Virus record (IMG/VR): IMGVR_UViG_3300028388_003770
Coordinates: 1-59,735 of that record
Direction: 5' to 3' (one strand)
Length of the DNA stretch: 59,735 nt
Source of the DNA: a virus
Lineage: Duplodnaviria; Caudoviricetes
Every line of letters begins with the position of its first letter. The first letter of the stretch is position 1. The notes below the pieces were generated by a model that was given only the letters and a program-made list of their open reading frames with translations, was not told the DNA's origin and did not search any database. The position numbers and the translations under genes were made by a program. Shown piece after piece: positions 1 through 8,331 of this stretch.

Positions 1-194
1 GGGCGCGCGCCAGGGTTGCTGGGTTTGGCGTAGTGGGGGCTGGGCCGGGGGCGCAGCTCGTTGTACCAACGCCAGTGCTTCGGGGGTGCGGGCGGCGGAC
101 CGGGAGTGTGGTGGACCCAGACGCGGCTGGTATAGGCCGTGGTGCCGGGGTCGTGGGTGCACGGGGCTGTGGAGTAAGGGTCGTAGGGCGCCAT
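1..194 (-). CDS. 5' part of a 99-aa hypothetical protein continuing at 59735..59630 across the circular junction
   Basis: ATG at 194 (MAPYDPYST...), open to base 1 and in frame into 59735 (...QRRRWRRKRW...GERP*). The stop overlaps the next ATG (ATGA). Confidence 0.55.
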   Translation of the reverse strand, partial: MAPYDPYSTAPCTHDPGTTAYTSRVWVHHTPGPPPAPPKHWRWYNELRPRPSPHYAKPSNPGAR

Positions 195-315
195 CCGGAG
201 AGTGTAGCTCCTAAGAGTGCTCAGGAGGAAGGGGCGTTGGTTTTTGGCAAATCGTATGAGAGCAACCCGGGAATGGGGGTATATGCCCCCGCGCCTCTGG
301 GTCCATACCCCCCCG

Positions 316-764
316 TGTGACGTTTGCCCTAGGGTGAGGGCTGACCCGGACACGGTAGACAGACACCTGCTAAGGCCCTCTAGCTCCTGAGTATCAGGGC
401 GGAACCCGCACCGCAACCTTGTGTGCCTGCGCCTAGCGCGCTTGCCCACCTGGAAGCACCGCGGCGACCTTCCTGGAGCCATCTGGAGCGAACACGTGGC
501 TAGGTTTTGTGCGGCGTGCGGCCGGTAGGCGGTCGGGGGAGTTCTTCGGGCACGGCGTGTCCTGACATCCCAAAAGACACGAGACAGCTACGCGCAAACC
601 GGCCCCCGGCTGCCAGACGGGGTATGGAACGCGCAACGGCGGGTGAAACGTCCGAAGCGGGGCGGGGTAACTGATACGCTAGCGGCCAGCACAAGGTCTG
701 CTACCCAGTAACGTCACAAAGAGAGGCTGCGCCCGATAGGGCCGAAGCGAGAGAACCACCCTAG
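316..764 (+). ncRNA. Candidate large structured ncRNA, family unknown
   Basis: Nested helices 316-324/710-718, 354-364/696-705, 368-377/684-691, 380-384/678-682, 391-397/671-677, 405-414/657-666, 479-486/613-620, 499-513/591-603. Pseudoknot 331-336/757-762. No credible ORF. Confidence 0.6.
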
Positions 765-807
765 TAGCGCGTAGCGGGGCTGGCGACCCCATCATATAGG
801 AATCGGT

Positions 808-860
808 GCCCCCGGGGTTTGCCCGGGGGCGTTCTTGTGCCCGGCCGCAGCGGGCACAAG
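808..860 (+). other. Tandem GC-rich hairpins upstream of first early gene
   Basis: GCCCCCGGG..CCCGGGGGC (808-830) and CTTGTGCCCG..CGGGCACAAG (~835-860). Confidence 0.5.
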
Positions 861-908
861 GCGTGCGCTTCATCGGGAGGCGCATGCTTCAACCTGCGGA
901 GAAACGCT

Positions 909-1427
909 ATGACCAACCCTATCACCGCCAAGAACTTCGGCTCGAAGCTGGGCTCCTGGAAGCGCTCGGCCACGTCCATGCGCAGCACCGCGCAGGCGCT
1001 GCTCGAATTCGGCTTCGACCGGTACGCGGAGAACGGCGACGCGGGCTACCTCAGCCGCATGGTCGCCGCGGCGCGCGAAATCAAGGGGCTCAACGCATCG
1101 CGCATGATGGCCTACGTCACGGCGCACGCGAACGTGCGCTGGAACGAGGAGAAGGGATCCTTCTCCAAGGCCAAAAAGAAGGACGAGCCGGTGGTCCAGG
1201 AGCGCGCGGTGTCCTGGTACGAGTTCGGCAAGGCCGAGCCGACCCCGCGCCCCTTGGACGTGAACAAGCGCCTGGAGTCCATGCTCAAGGCGGTCCAGGA
1301 CGCCGATGAGGTGAAGTTCTCCTCGAAGGAAGCTTATGACACGCTGCGGAAGATCCGCAGCGAGCTGGAGGCCCTGGAACTCCAGGCGCTGGAGCTGGAG
1401 ACGGCCGAGGAGCGCGCCGCAGCCTGA
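909..1427 (+). CDS. Hypothetical early phage protein (172 aa)
   Basis: GGAG RBS then ATG 909, strong GC3 codon bias. Confidence 0.85.
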   Translation: MTNPITAKNFGSKLGSWKRSATSMRSTAQALLEFGFDRYAENGDAGYLSRMVAAAREIKGLNASRMMAYVTAHANVRWNEEKGSFSKAKKKDEPVVQERAVSWYEFGKAEPTPRPLDVNKRLESMLKAVQDADEVKFSSKEAYDTLRKIRSELEALELQALELETAEERAAA

Positions 1428-1442
1428 GTCTCGATCCACCCT

Positions 1443-1510
1443 GCCCCGGGGTATCGCGCCCCGGGGCGCAACGGGCAAGGCGCCTTGTGCAGCAACGCAT
1501 GAGGCGCCTT
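1443..1510 (+). other. Tandem hairpins downstream of first early gene
   Basis: GCCCCGGGG/CCCCGGGGC and CAAGGCGCCTTGTGC/GCATGAGGCGCCTTG (with G-U pairs). No U-tract. Confidence 0.45.
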
Positions 1511-1564
1511 GCCAGCTTGGTGCGGGCTGACCGCACCGCCGTGTACAGCAACATAGGAGGAACC

Positions 1565-1771
1565 GTGGGCAAGATATACCTCGGAGCGTGCGTGACAGCA
1601 CGTAACCCGGGCGGGTGCGCCCGGATCTTGTGCAATGGGTGCTGGGTGCGTCTCGGCACCGGCCATGAGGTGGAGTATTGGCGCGTCACCAGCTACATGG
1701 TGAGGCGTCGGATGCTCGTCGGGGTTTGGGACTACGAGCACAGGGAGCTGCGCGAGGTGGTGTGGGAGTAG
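1565..1771 (+). CDS. Small hypothetical protein
   Basis: AGGAGG RBS, GTG start. Confidence 0.55.
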   Translation: MGKIYLGACVTARNPGGCARILCNGCWVRLGTGHEVEYWRVTSYMVRRRMLVGVWDYEHRELREVVWE

Positions 1772-1799
1772 GCGCGCGCCCCTCCGCACCTCCCTGTGA

Positions 1800-2030
1800 C
1801 TCCACAAGCTCATCCCGTCTTTGGCCTCTACAGGAGCGCGTGGAGGCACGTCTCCACAAGAGCGTGCATGAGATGTGTCTCCACGAGTGCTCCACGAGTA
1901 GGAGCAGACAAACGCCCTTTTTGGATAATTTCGGTCTGTTTTGTCTGTTCTCGTAAGTGGCTGATTCCAAACCACTATCCTATATATATATACTATTATC
2001 CATAAAAGACATATATATATAGGATATATC
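1800..2030. promoter_or_regulatory. Putative replication origin (iterons plus AT-rich inverted repeat)
   Basis: CTCCACRAG x4 (1800, 1852, 1879, 1890). Perfect 16-bp IR TATCCTATATATATAT (1976-1991)/ATATATATATAGGATA (2011-2026). Confidence 0.55.
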
Positions 2031-2100
2031 GTGAAGACTTCTGCGCGCCCGCGGGTGCCTTCTCACCACGGCCTTTACACTGCGTAACTCAGGAGGAACT

Positions 2101-2604
2101 ATGCCTACCCTTGTTGCCGAGCCCAAGAGCAAGCCTCTTTACAAGCACATCGCCACAGCCTGCGATGCGCTGCGCTACTGCGAGCGCCGAGCCAACAGGC
2201 CCACGCGCTCCTCCCGCGACCGCTCGCTCGCCAACCCCACCGAGGCGCAGCGCGCCCGTGCCGAGGAGTGGCAAGCACGCTGGGAGCGCGTGCTCGATTA
2301 TATCCAAGCTCACCTGCTCCCCTCGGGGAGTGGCTTCGACGCGGGCATCAAGATCGACCGCGCCCGCTCCAGTGGCACCGAGCTGCGGCTCGAGGTGCCC
2401 TTCCACCACCTGAGCGAGCACGGCTACTACGCTGGGTGGACGGAGCATCGGGTGAGCGTCTACCCGTCGTTGGTACACGACATCACCATGAAGATCACGG
2501 GGCGTGACCGGGATCAGATCCAGGACTACATCCTGGACACGCTGGACACCGTGTTGCGCACCGAGTATTCCTTGGACGACCTGCTTCAGGAGACGCTGCC
2601 ATGA
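2101..2604 (+). CDS. Hypothetical phage protein (PSGSGFD motif)
   Basis: AGGAGG RBS, codon bias, ATGA coupling to next gene. Confidence 0.85.
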   Translation: MPTLVAEPKSKPLYKHIATACDALRYCERRANRPTRSSRDRSLANPTEAQRARAEEWQARWERVLDYIQAHLLPSGSGFDAGIKIDRARSSGTELRLEVPFHHLSEHGYYAGWTEHRVSVYPSLVHDITMKITGRDRDQIQDYILDTLDTVLRTEYSLDDLLQETLP

Positions 2605-2843
2605 GCACCATCGACGTCACCCCCATCGGCACCACGTGGTTCTTCGACCAGGGCCGCCTCGCCCTGCGCTACCACGACAGCACCGGCTACGAGGTCAGGT
2701 GGGGGCGCTCGCACCGGTTCGTGCCGCTGCACCGCACCAAGGCCGAGAACATCCTCGCCACGCGGGTGGTGGAGCGCACCGAGCCGTTCGACCCCGAGCG
2801 CGCCTACCGCCTGCGCACCCGCCGCCGGCTGGTGTGGATGTGA
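2601..2843 (+). CDS. Hypothetical protein
   Basis: ATGA overlap, GGAG RBS. Confidence 0.75.
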   Translation: MSTIDVTPIGTTWFFDQGRLALRYHDSTGYEVRWGRSHRFVPLHRTKAENILATRVVERTEPFDPERAYRLRTRRRLVWM

Positions 2844-2965
2844 GCGCTCTGGGCTCAGCCCGGGTCACCAAGCGTGAATGGCAGGCCGCCGGCGGCCTGC
2901 GCAACCCGAGGTGCTGGCGCCGGCAGGTCCGCGGCGCCTGGCACTACTTCATCCGACTGTCCTAA
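2840..2965 (+). CDS. Small hypothetical protein
   Basis: GTGA overlap with upstream stop, fills gap. Confidence 0.5.
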   Translation: MSALGSARVTKREWQAAGGLRNPRCWRRQVRGAWHYFIRLS

Positions 2966-2991
2966 CTCACCAGCTACTACAGGAGACACCC

Positions 2992-3261
2992 GTGGCTGAC
3001 ACTCCCGACATCTCTGAGTACGCGAAGCACACGTTCTTCCGCCTCGTGCAGGCGGCCAAGGACGACCAGCTGCTTCTCATCGCCACCACCTCCAAGAGCA
3101 CCGGGGAGCCGGTGTTCATGATCTGCGCCCGGGGACCCCACCCCGCCGACGAGAGCCTGTTCAAGGTGTACCCGCTGGGGACGGTGTTCGCCGGGGACCC
3201 GGCCGACGAGGTGAACACCCCCGAGGGTCTGCGCCCGGACACCCGACACCTCGACAGCTGA
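2992..3261 (+). CDS. Hypothetical protein
   Basis: AGGAG RBS, GTG start. Confidence 0.75.
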   Translation: MADTPDISEYAKHTFFRLVQAAKDDQLLLIATTSKSTGEPVFMICARGPHPADESLFKVYPLGTVFAGDPADEVNTPEGLRPDTRHLDS

Positions 3262-3536
3262 TGGACACTCCCAAACGCAGGTACGTGCGCTTGCGCCACG
3301 GATTGCTGCACGCCGGAGGCCTGACAGGATACCCAGCGGGTGCCGTCGTGCCTGTTGTCCCGGCGCGTAACCAGCCCGACTTCGAGGCGCGCGGGCTGGT
3401 GTTCATCGACACACCCGAGCTGCGTGACGACCACGTGGGGCTCCTGGCCAACCCCGCGGACTATGAGGAGCTCGAGCCCCTGCTCGCCGCCCTCTACGAC
3501 CACCTCCCCCTCACACAGGAGAACGACCATGGATAA
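3261..3536 (+). CDS. Hypothetical protein
   Basis: TGATG coupling. Confidence 0.7.
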   Translation: MDTPKRRYVRLRHGLLHAGGLTGYPAGAVVPVVPARNQPDFEARGLVFIDTPELRDDHVGLLANPADYEELEPLLAALYDHLPLTQENDHG

Positions 3537-3903
3537 CTCCGCACTGAGCGGCGCAGCCGCTCTCAGCATCATGCTCAACAACCCCACCGGCCGAAGCACC
3601 GAGGCCCGGGTCCTGCGCCTGGGCCCGGGCCTCACGCTGTACTTCAGCTACTCCACACTGATCGGCGTGTCCGGCCCGCTCGGGGCCGTGCGGTGCACCA
3701 ATACCTGGGGCCCCACCACGGGCAGGCACATGAACGAGATGGGCCTGCGGTCGAACAGGTGGGACGAGGTGAACGAGGAGGCGTTGCTCGCCCACCTGTC
3801 CGAGGAGCTGATCCGCCTGGGCCTGGAGCTCCTGCCCAAACACGCGCGCTCTCCCCTGGCAATGGCGAGCCTGTTGCACGAGCTCTACGGAGACGAGGCA
3901 TGA
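3529..3903 (+). CDS. Hypothetical protein
   Basis: AGGAG RBS, codon bias. Confidence 0.8.
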   Translation: MDNSALSGAAALSIMLNNPTGRSTEARVLRLGPGLTLYFSYSTLIGVSGPLGAVRCTNTWGPTTGRHMNEMGLRSNRWDEVNEEALLAHLSEELIRLGLELLPKHARSPLAMASLLHELYGDEA

Positions 3904-4106
3904 GACACACCATCACGCTGCGCCGCATCGCCTCCGGGTGGGTGGCGCAGTCCGACGACCCGCAGTGGCCGACGCTGTTCGGCACCGATACCCTGCCGAC
4001 CGGGTTCACCGCCGGGGCCGCCCCGGCCGACGTGCTGGGTGACATCACCCGGCTGAACCCCGACGCCCGGGTGGTGCTGGCCGTGCCGCACGGGCTGGAG
4101 GGCTGA
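3900..4106 (+). CDS. Hypothetical protein
   Basis: GAGG RBS, ATGA overlap. Confidence 0.75.
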   Translation: MRHTITLRRIASGWVAQSDDPQWPTLFGTDTLPTGFTAGAAPADVLGDITRLNPDARVVLAVPHGLEG

Positions 4107-4107
4107 C

Positions 4108-4578
4108 ATGGCTGACCGCTCGTATGTCCATCTCACCGTGCCGGCGTGGGCAGTGCCGCTGGTCGAGGCCCTCGATGACAGCCACGAGAGCTACGATGAG
4201 TCCACCATAGGCACGAGCGTAGCCTGGTTCGGCTACGCCGAGGTGCCCGGTGGGCAGCTCGAGCTCCTGCCCATCCTGGAGGAGGCGGGCGTGCCCTACA
4301 ACCAGCAGTACGACGCTGGGATCGAGTATGGTCCCGGGGTAGACATGAGCCGGCCCGACCGGGAGGAGTTCAACTGGGAGAGCTCCACCTTCGCCAACAT
4401 GGTGGTCGAGATCGCCAGCGGCGGGACCCCGTTGCTCGAAGGCATCGCCTGGCTGCAGCGTTTGCGCGAGGCCTGGCCCCGGCCGCTGACCGAGTACACC
4501 ACCCCGCCCCCGCAGTTTCAGCCCGTGCTCGACCGGGTGCGGGCCGAGAACGCCGCTCACAAGGCGTCGCCGGAGTGA
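4108..4578 (+). CDS. Hypothetical acidic protein
   Basis: GGAGG RBS, codon bias. Confidence 0.8.
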   Translation: MADRSYVHLTVPAWAVPLVEALDDSHESYDESTIGTSVAWFGYAEVPGGQLELLPILEEAGVPYNQQYDAGIEYGPGVDMSRPDREEFNWESSTFANMVVEIASGGTPLLEGIAWLQRLREAWPRPLTEYTTPPPQFQPVLDRVRAENAAHKASPE

Positions 4579-4880
4579 ACGGCGAGGGCGAGGGCGAGCA
4601 CGAGATCAACACCGACGCCTGCGCTAGGTGGCGGTACGCTTTCAACCGGGTGGAGAACATGCAGCCGGTGGAGCGGGCACTGGCCGCCACTGGCGGCCCG
4701 CCCACGCACCCGAGCGCGAGGACCAGGGCGGTGGCCCTGGCGTGGATGACCTACGGACCCGAGCGCACCTGGGTGCTGGTGCGCATGAAGCAGCACGCCA
4801 TCATGTGGTTGAGTCACGACCGCGAGGACTGCGTGCTCTACAAGCGGTACATCGACCTGAAGGGAGACAACCATGACTGA
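4575..4880 (+). CDS. Hypothetical protein
   Basis: GTGA overlap. Confidence 0.65.
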   Translation: MNGEGEGEHEINTDACARWRYAFNRVENMQPVERALAATGGPPTHPSARTRAVALAWMTYGPERTWVLVRMKQHAIMWLSHDREDCVLYKRYIDLKGDNHD

Positions 4881-5112
4881 CACTGACACGGGCCCCGGGC
4901 CCGCCATCCACGAGCACCTGCGCCACGCCGCCTCGGCGATGGCGGCGCACATCGAGCTGCCGTTCGCCAAGGCTCAGGTCCTGGCGAGCGAGGCCGGCGA
5001 CACCAGCACCGCCGAGCGGGTGGCCAAGCTGCACGCTGCCGTCAAGCGGATCATTGAGCTGACCGCCGCCGAGGCCGAGCGCCATACCACCCGGAGGGGA
5101 GAGTGGCCATGA
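4873..5112 (+). CDS. Hypothetical protein
   Basis: GGGAG RBS. Confidence 0.7.
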   Translation: MTDTDTGPGPAIHEHLRHAASAMAAHIELPFAKAQVLASEAGDTSTAERVAKLHAAVKRIIELTAAEAERHTTRRGEWP

Positions 5113-5609
5113 CCGCCATCAAGCCCGCCATCAAGACCGCCCTGCTGCCGCTGCGCAGCGACGGGGATTGGCTCGCCGACTACAGCTATGACGTGGGTCT
5201 CGTAGCCCTCACGCAGGAGCACGTCGAAACCCTGCTGCGGTTGAGGGATACCTTCGGCACCGTGCTCTGGCTCGTGGAGAAAGCCCTCATGCCTCACAAC
5301 GCGGGGCTGCAGACGATGGGGTTCCACCTGTCGTTCCTCGACTACTCGTGCGCCCCGTACGGGATCGAGGACATCGACCACCTGCTCGATGACGACCTGG
5401 AAGCGCCTTTGGTGGTACCAGGGGAGCCGGAGTGGGAGCTGCAGCGCAACGATGTCTTCCCCTCGCCCACCGAGTGCGACCGGGTCACGATCACCCCCGA
5501 GGGGCTGACGTGGTCCTTCTATCCCAAGCACAGCGACGCGCTCATCACCACGGACACCCTGGTCTGGGCCCTGGTGGAGGATATGCCGCCACAGGCTGCG
5601 AAGCCATGA
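5109..5609 (+). CDS. Hypothetical protein
   Basis: ATGA overlap, codon bias. Confidence 0.75.
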   Translation: MTAIKPAIKTALLPLRSDGDWLADYSYDVGLVALTQEHVETLLRLRDTFGTVLWLVEKALMPHNAGLQTMGFHLSFLDYSCAPYGIEDIDHLLDDDLEAPLVVPGEPEWELQRNDVFPSPTECDRVTITPEGLTWSFYPKHSDALITTDTLVWALVEDMPPQAAKP

Positions 5610-5905
5610 CCTACAACTACCGCTGCACCCGCAAGGCCTGCCGGCAGCGAGTGACCAAGCGCCGGCGCATCGAGGAGTACGTGCACGACAAGCACAGGAG
5701 GTGTGAGGCCTGCGGCGGGGCGCTGTCGCTGGACCCGGCGGTGCGCCGCCAGACCAAGACCCGGACCTGCCACTGCGACGGGTACCACTTCCCGCACCAC
5801 AAAGGATCGTTCTGGTGCAACCACTACGAAGGCGAGCGCGCCCACGAGGATGAGCGGGACCGCGCCTTCGCCATGATGAGGAGCTTCTATGCACGTACCG
5901 GGTGA
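5606..5905 (+). CDS. Cys/His-rich putative zinc-binding protein
   Basis: CxxxxC, CxxC and CHCDGYHFPHHKGSFWC motifs. Confidence 0.75.
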   Translation: MTYNYRCTRKACRQRVTKRRRIEEYVHDKHRRCEACGGALSLDPAVRRQTKTRTCHCDGYHFPHHKGSFWCNHYEGERAHEDERDRAFAMMRSFYARTG

Positions 5906-6290
5906 GCACTACCTGTCCAACCGCGTGAAGCGACGAACTGTCGCAGGCGTGGCCGTGTTCCTCACCGTGTTCTTCACCGCAGCGTTCATGCTGCCCGACT
6001 CTCCCAAGGAGCTTGCTATGTCCCAGCACAACACCACCATCCTGTCCACCAAGGACGTCACCGTTACCAGCGAGCCGGGCGAGATGCTCCGGTTCAGCTA
6101 CCCCGGCAGGACCTTCGACACTGCCCTGCCGCAGGAGTGGGTAGACAACGTGACTGCCCGCATCGGGGTCAACCCGGTCGGCCACGTGGTGTGGCTGTAC
6201 CCCTCGGGCTCGATCTTCGGACACCCGGCGCCGACCGACGTCGAGGGCATGCTGCTGCTGGGCCGGATCGCCAGCACCTACTGGCCGTGA
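5889..6290 (+). CDS. Hypothetical protein (N-terminal hydrophobic segment; alternative start 6018)
   Basis: RBS before both 5889 and 6018. Confidence 0.65.
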   Translation: MHVPGEHYLSNRVKRRTVAGVAVFLTVFFTAAFMLPDSPKELAMSQHNTTILSTKDVTVTSEPGEMLRFSYPGRTFDTALPQEWVDNVTARIGVNPVGHVVWLYPSGSIFGHPAPTDVEGMLLLGRIASTYWP

Positions 6291-6760
6291 GCGTCCGAGA
6301 ACGCACGAGGCCGCTCATGGCGCTGGCCCGGCGGACCCGGGCGCTGGCAGTCCAAGCGCTGATCGAGCGCATGCGGTCCAGAACGGGGACCTTCGCCGAT
6401 AACCTTCGAAGCCACCGGACCAGCGTCCACATCGTCGAGCTGAGCCCGACTGTCTCCGGCCCGACGATCAAGCACCGCCTAGTGCCTACCAAGCCGCATG
6501 GAGGGAAAATCTCACAGTGGGAGCTGAACGTGTATCTGCCCGGCGATTGGGCCGAGACGGTGTCCGACCGGGGCCTTACCTTCGCCGAGGAGGCGTTCGT
6601 CATGCAGGCTGAGCCGGTGCCCGACACTCCGGTGTTCAAGGCCAAGGTCCTGCGGGTTGGGTCCGCGGGTTTTCTCATAGCGGACGAGTTCCTCACCAAG
6701 AGGGGAGCGACGGTGCGAGCGCACCACCACCTGCTGGTAGCCATGTCCGAAGCGACGTGA
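6287..6760 (+). CDS. Hypothetical protein
   Basis: GTGA overlap, fills gap. Confidence 0.6.
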   Translation: MSVRERTRPLMALARRTRALAVQALIERMRSRTGTFADNLRSHRTSVHIVELSPTVSGPTIKHRLVPTKPHGGKISQWELNVYLPGDWAETVSDRGLTFAEEAFVMQAEPVPDTPVFKAKVLRVGSAGFLIADEFLTKRGATVRAHHHLLVAMSEAT

Positions 6761-6784
6761 CACGGCTACCATTCTTGTCAACTG

Positions 6785-6795
6785 TGTGCTATAAT
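6785..6795 (+). promoter_or_regulatory. Extended -10 sigma70 promoter
   Basis: TGTGcTATAAT 30 nt upstream of ATG 6825 (which has a GAGGAGG RBS). Confidence 0.7.
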
Positions 6796-6824
6796 GCACA
6801 TGCTGTACTACAGAGGAGGTCAAC

Positions 6825-8036
6825 ATGACCGACAACAACATCCTGGCCCAGGCCAGCAAGAACCTGCTCCTCGTGGAGCTCAAGGGCATCGGGGGCTGGA
6901 CTCCCAACGTACGTTTGAAAGACGCCAGTGCCGTACTGGCGAAGCATTACGGCAGCTCCTCCGACAAGGCGTTCAAGGGCACGGAGAACATGCTGCCCCC
7001 GCCCCACGACGAGGAGTTCAAGGAGCTGAAGGCGGCGTTCGGTGCCGTGCGCCAGGCCTTCTACGCCCACACCATGCCGTTCGGTTCCACGGTGGATGCC
7101 AAGTCCGGAAAGGTTCGGGCCGAGGGCAAGCGCGCCGTGGTCGCCAGCAAGATCGCCGACGGCAGCTTCTTCGCCCTGATGGACGGGCTCCAGGGTGGCC
7201 TGGCGCAGACTCGGGAGCGCTTCGCCGAGGTGCTGCCCACCCGAGTGGCGACGATAAGGGCCGAGGCGGCGCTGGGCAGCCAGTTTGACGAGGACCGCTA
7301 CCCCACCCCCGAGGAAGTCCGCCGCGGGTGGTACTACGAGGCCATCGTGCCGGAGCCGATCCTCGACGCCGCCCGGGTGGCGAGCATGGGCCTGCCGCCG
7401 GAGGTGGCGCAGATGATCGAGGAGAACCTGGCCCGAAAGGTGGAGTCGCAGGTGAGCTTCGGCCAGCAGCAGCTGGTCGATGAGACGCTGCGCTACATCA
7501 AGACCATGGTCACCAACCTGACCAAGCTCAACGCCTACTTCAACGGGCAGAGCGAGGGCAAGCGCCCGGCCATCTTCGACTCTCTGGTGGACAACGTCTC
7601 CGAGAGCCTGGCCAAGCTGCGCACCTACGCCCTGCCGGGCACCGCCGAGGGTGACGCCGTCTTGAGGCTGGCCGACGGCATCGAGCAGCGCCTCGACATG
7701 GAGAGCGTCGACGCCTCCCTGCTGCGCAACGACGGCAAGATCACCGAGCGGGTGCTCAAGGGGGCGAAGGAGGCGACCAAGCTGATCGACGCCTGGGCCG
7801 GATCCGAGACGGTGTTCGATGAGCCGGCCATGCCGATGGGCACGCAGAAGATCCCGCAGCCCCCGGCGCCGGCCAAGCCCGAGCCCGAGGAGCTGGACAT
7901 GGACGCGCTGCTGGCGGGGCTGGAGGACGAGCCCCCGGCCCAGCCCGAGGAGAAGGAGGAGAAGGAGGAGAAGGAGGAGGAGGAGGACGCCACGGACGCA
8001 GACAACGACATCGACGACCTGCTCGCAGGTTGGTAA
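6825..8036 (+). CDS. DUF3150-like protein with acidic C-terminal tail
   Basis: 403 aa, helical, adjacent to AAA/vWA pair as in phage/ICE clusters. Family by resemblance only. Confidence 0.6.
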   Translation: MTDNNILAQASKNLLLVELKGIGGWTPNVRLKDASAVLAKHYGSSSDKAFKGTENMLPPPHDEEFKELKAAFGAVRQAFYAHTMPFGSTVDAKSGKVRAEGKRAVVASKIADGSFFALMDGLQGGLAQTRERFAEVLPTRVATIRAEAALGSQFDEDRYPTPEEVRRGWYYEAIVPEPILDAARVASMGLPPEVAQMIEENLARKVESQVSFGQQQLVDETLRYIKTMVTNLTKLNAYFNGQSEGKRPAIFDSLVDNVSESLAKLRTYALPGTAEGDAVLRLADGIEQRLDMESVDASLLRNDGKITERVLKGAKEATKLIDAWAGSETVFDEPAMPMGTQKIPQPPAPAKPEPEELDMDALLAGLEDEPPAQPEEKEEKEEKEEEEDATDADNDIDDLLAGW

Positions 8037-8045
8037 AGGAGGGCG

Positions 8046-8195
8046 ATGAGTAGACCCAACAACGTGATCCGCTTCCCCCTGGAACGCCGTCTACAGAGGG
8101 AGAAGCTCCCGCCACCCAAGCGGCGCGTGATCGTCTCGAAGAAACGCACACGCACCATCCACGTCGACGGCAGAACCTACGTCATCGAGGAGTGA
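8046..8195 (+). CDS. Small basic hypothetical protein (NVIRFP motif)
   Basis: AGGAGG RBS, 49 aa. Confidence 0.6.
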   Translation: MSRPNNVIRFPLERRLQREKLPPPKRRVIVSKKRTRTIHVDGRTYVIEE

Positions 8196-8201
8196 CTTAG
8201 C

Positions 8202-8226
8202 CCCCGGCTTCGGCCGGGGCAGGAGG
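8202..8226 (+). repeat. UUCG hairpin + RBS, copy 1
   Basis: CCCCGGCTTCGGCCGGGGCAGGAGG, identical at 9525-9549. Confidence 0.85.
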
Positions 8227-8331
8227 GCTTATGGAGTACCAGCATACTCGGGCTGGCTACCCCCTGTGAGCAACGCACCAATAACCGTCCCGCGATGGGA
8301 CGTCGAGATAGCTGAACCACTGGAGAGAACC

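Noticed and set aside
33-320. 95-aa + strand ORF and other short ORFs within 433-988
   Set aside because: No RBS or codon bias. Better explained by the minus-strand junction ORF and the structured element.
316-764. tmRNA, RNase P RNA or group I/II intron identity for the structured element
   Set aside because: No tRNA-like ends/CCA, no GAGGAAAGUCC, no domain V or P7 consensus, and it does not interrupt a gene.
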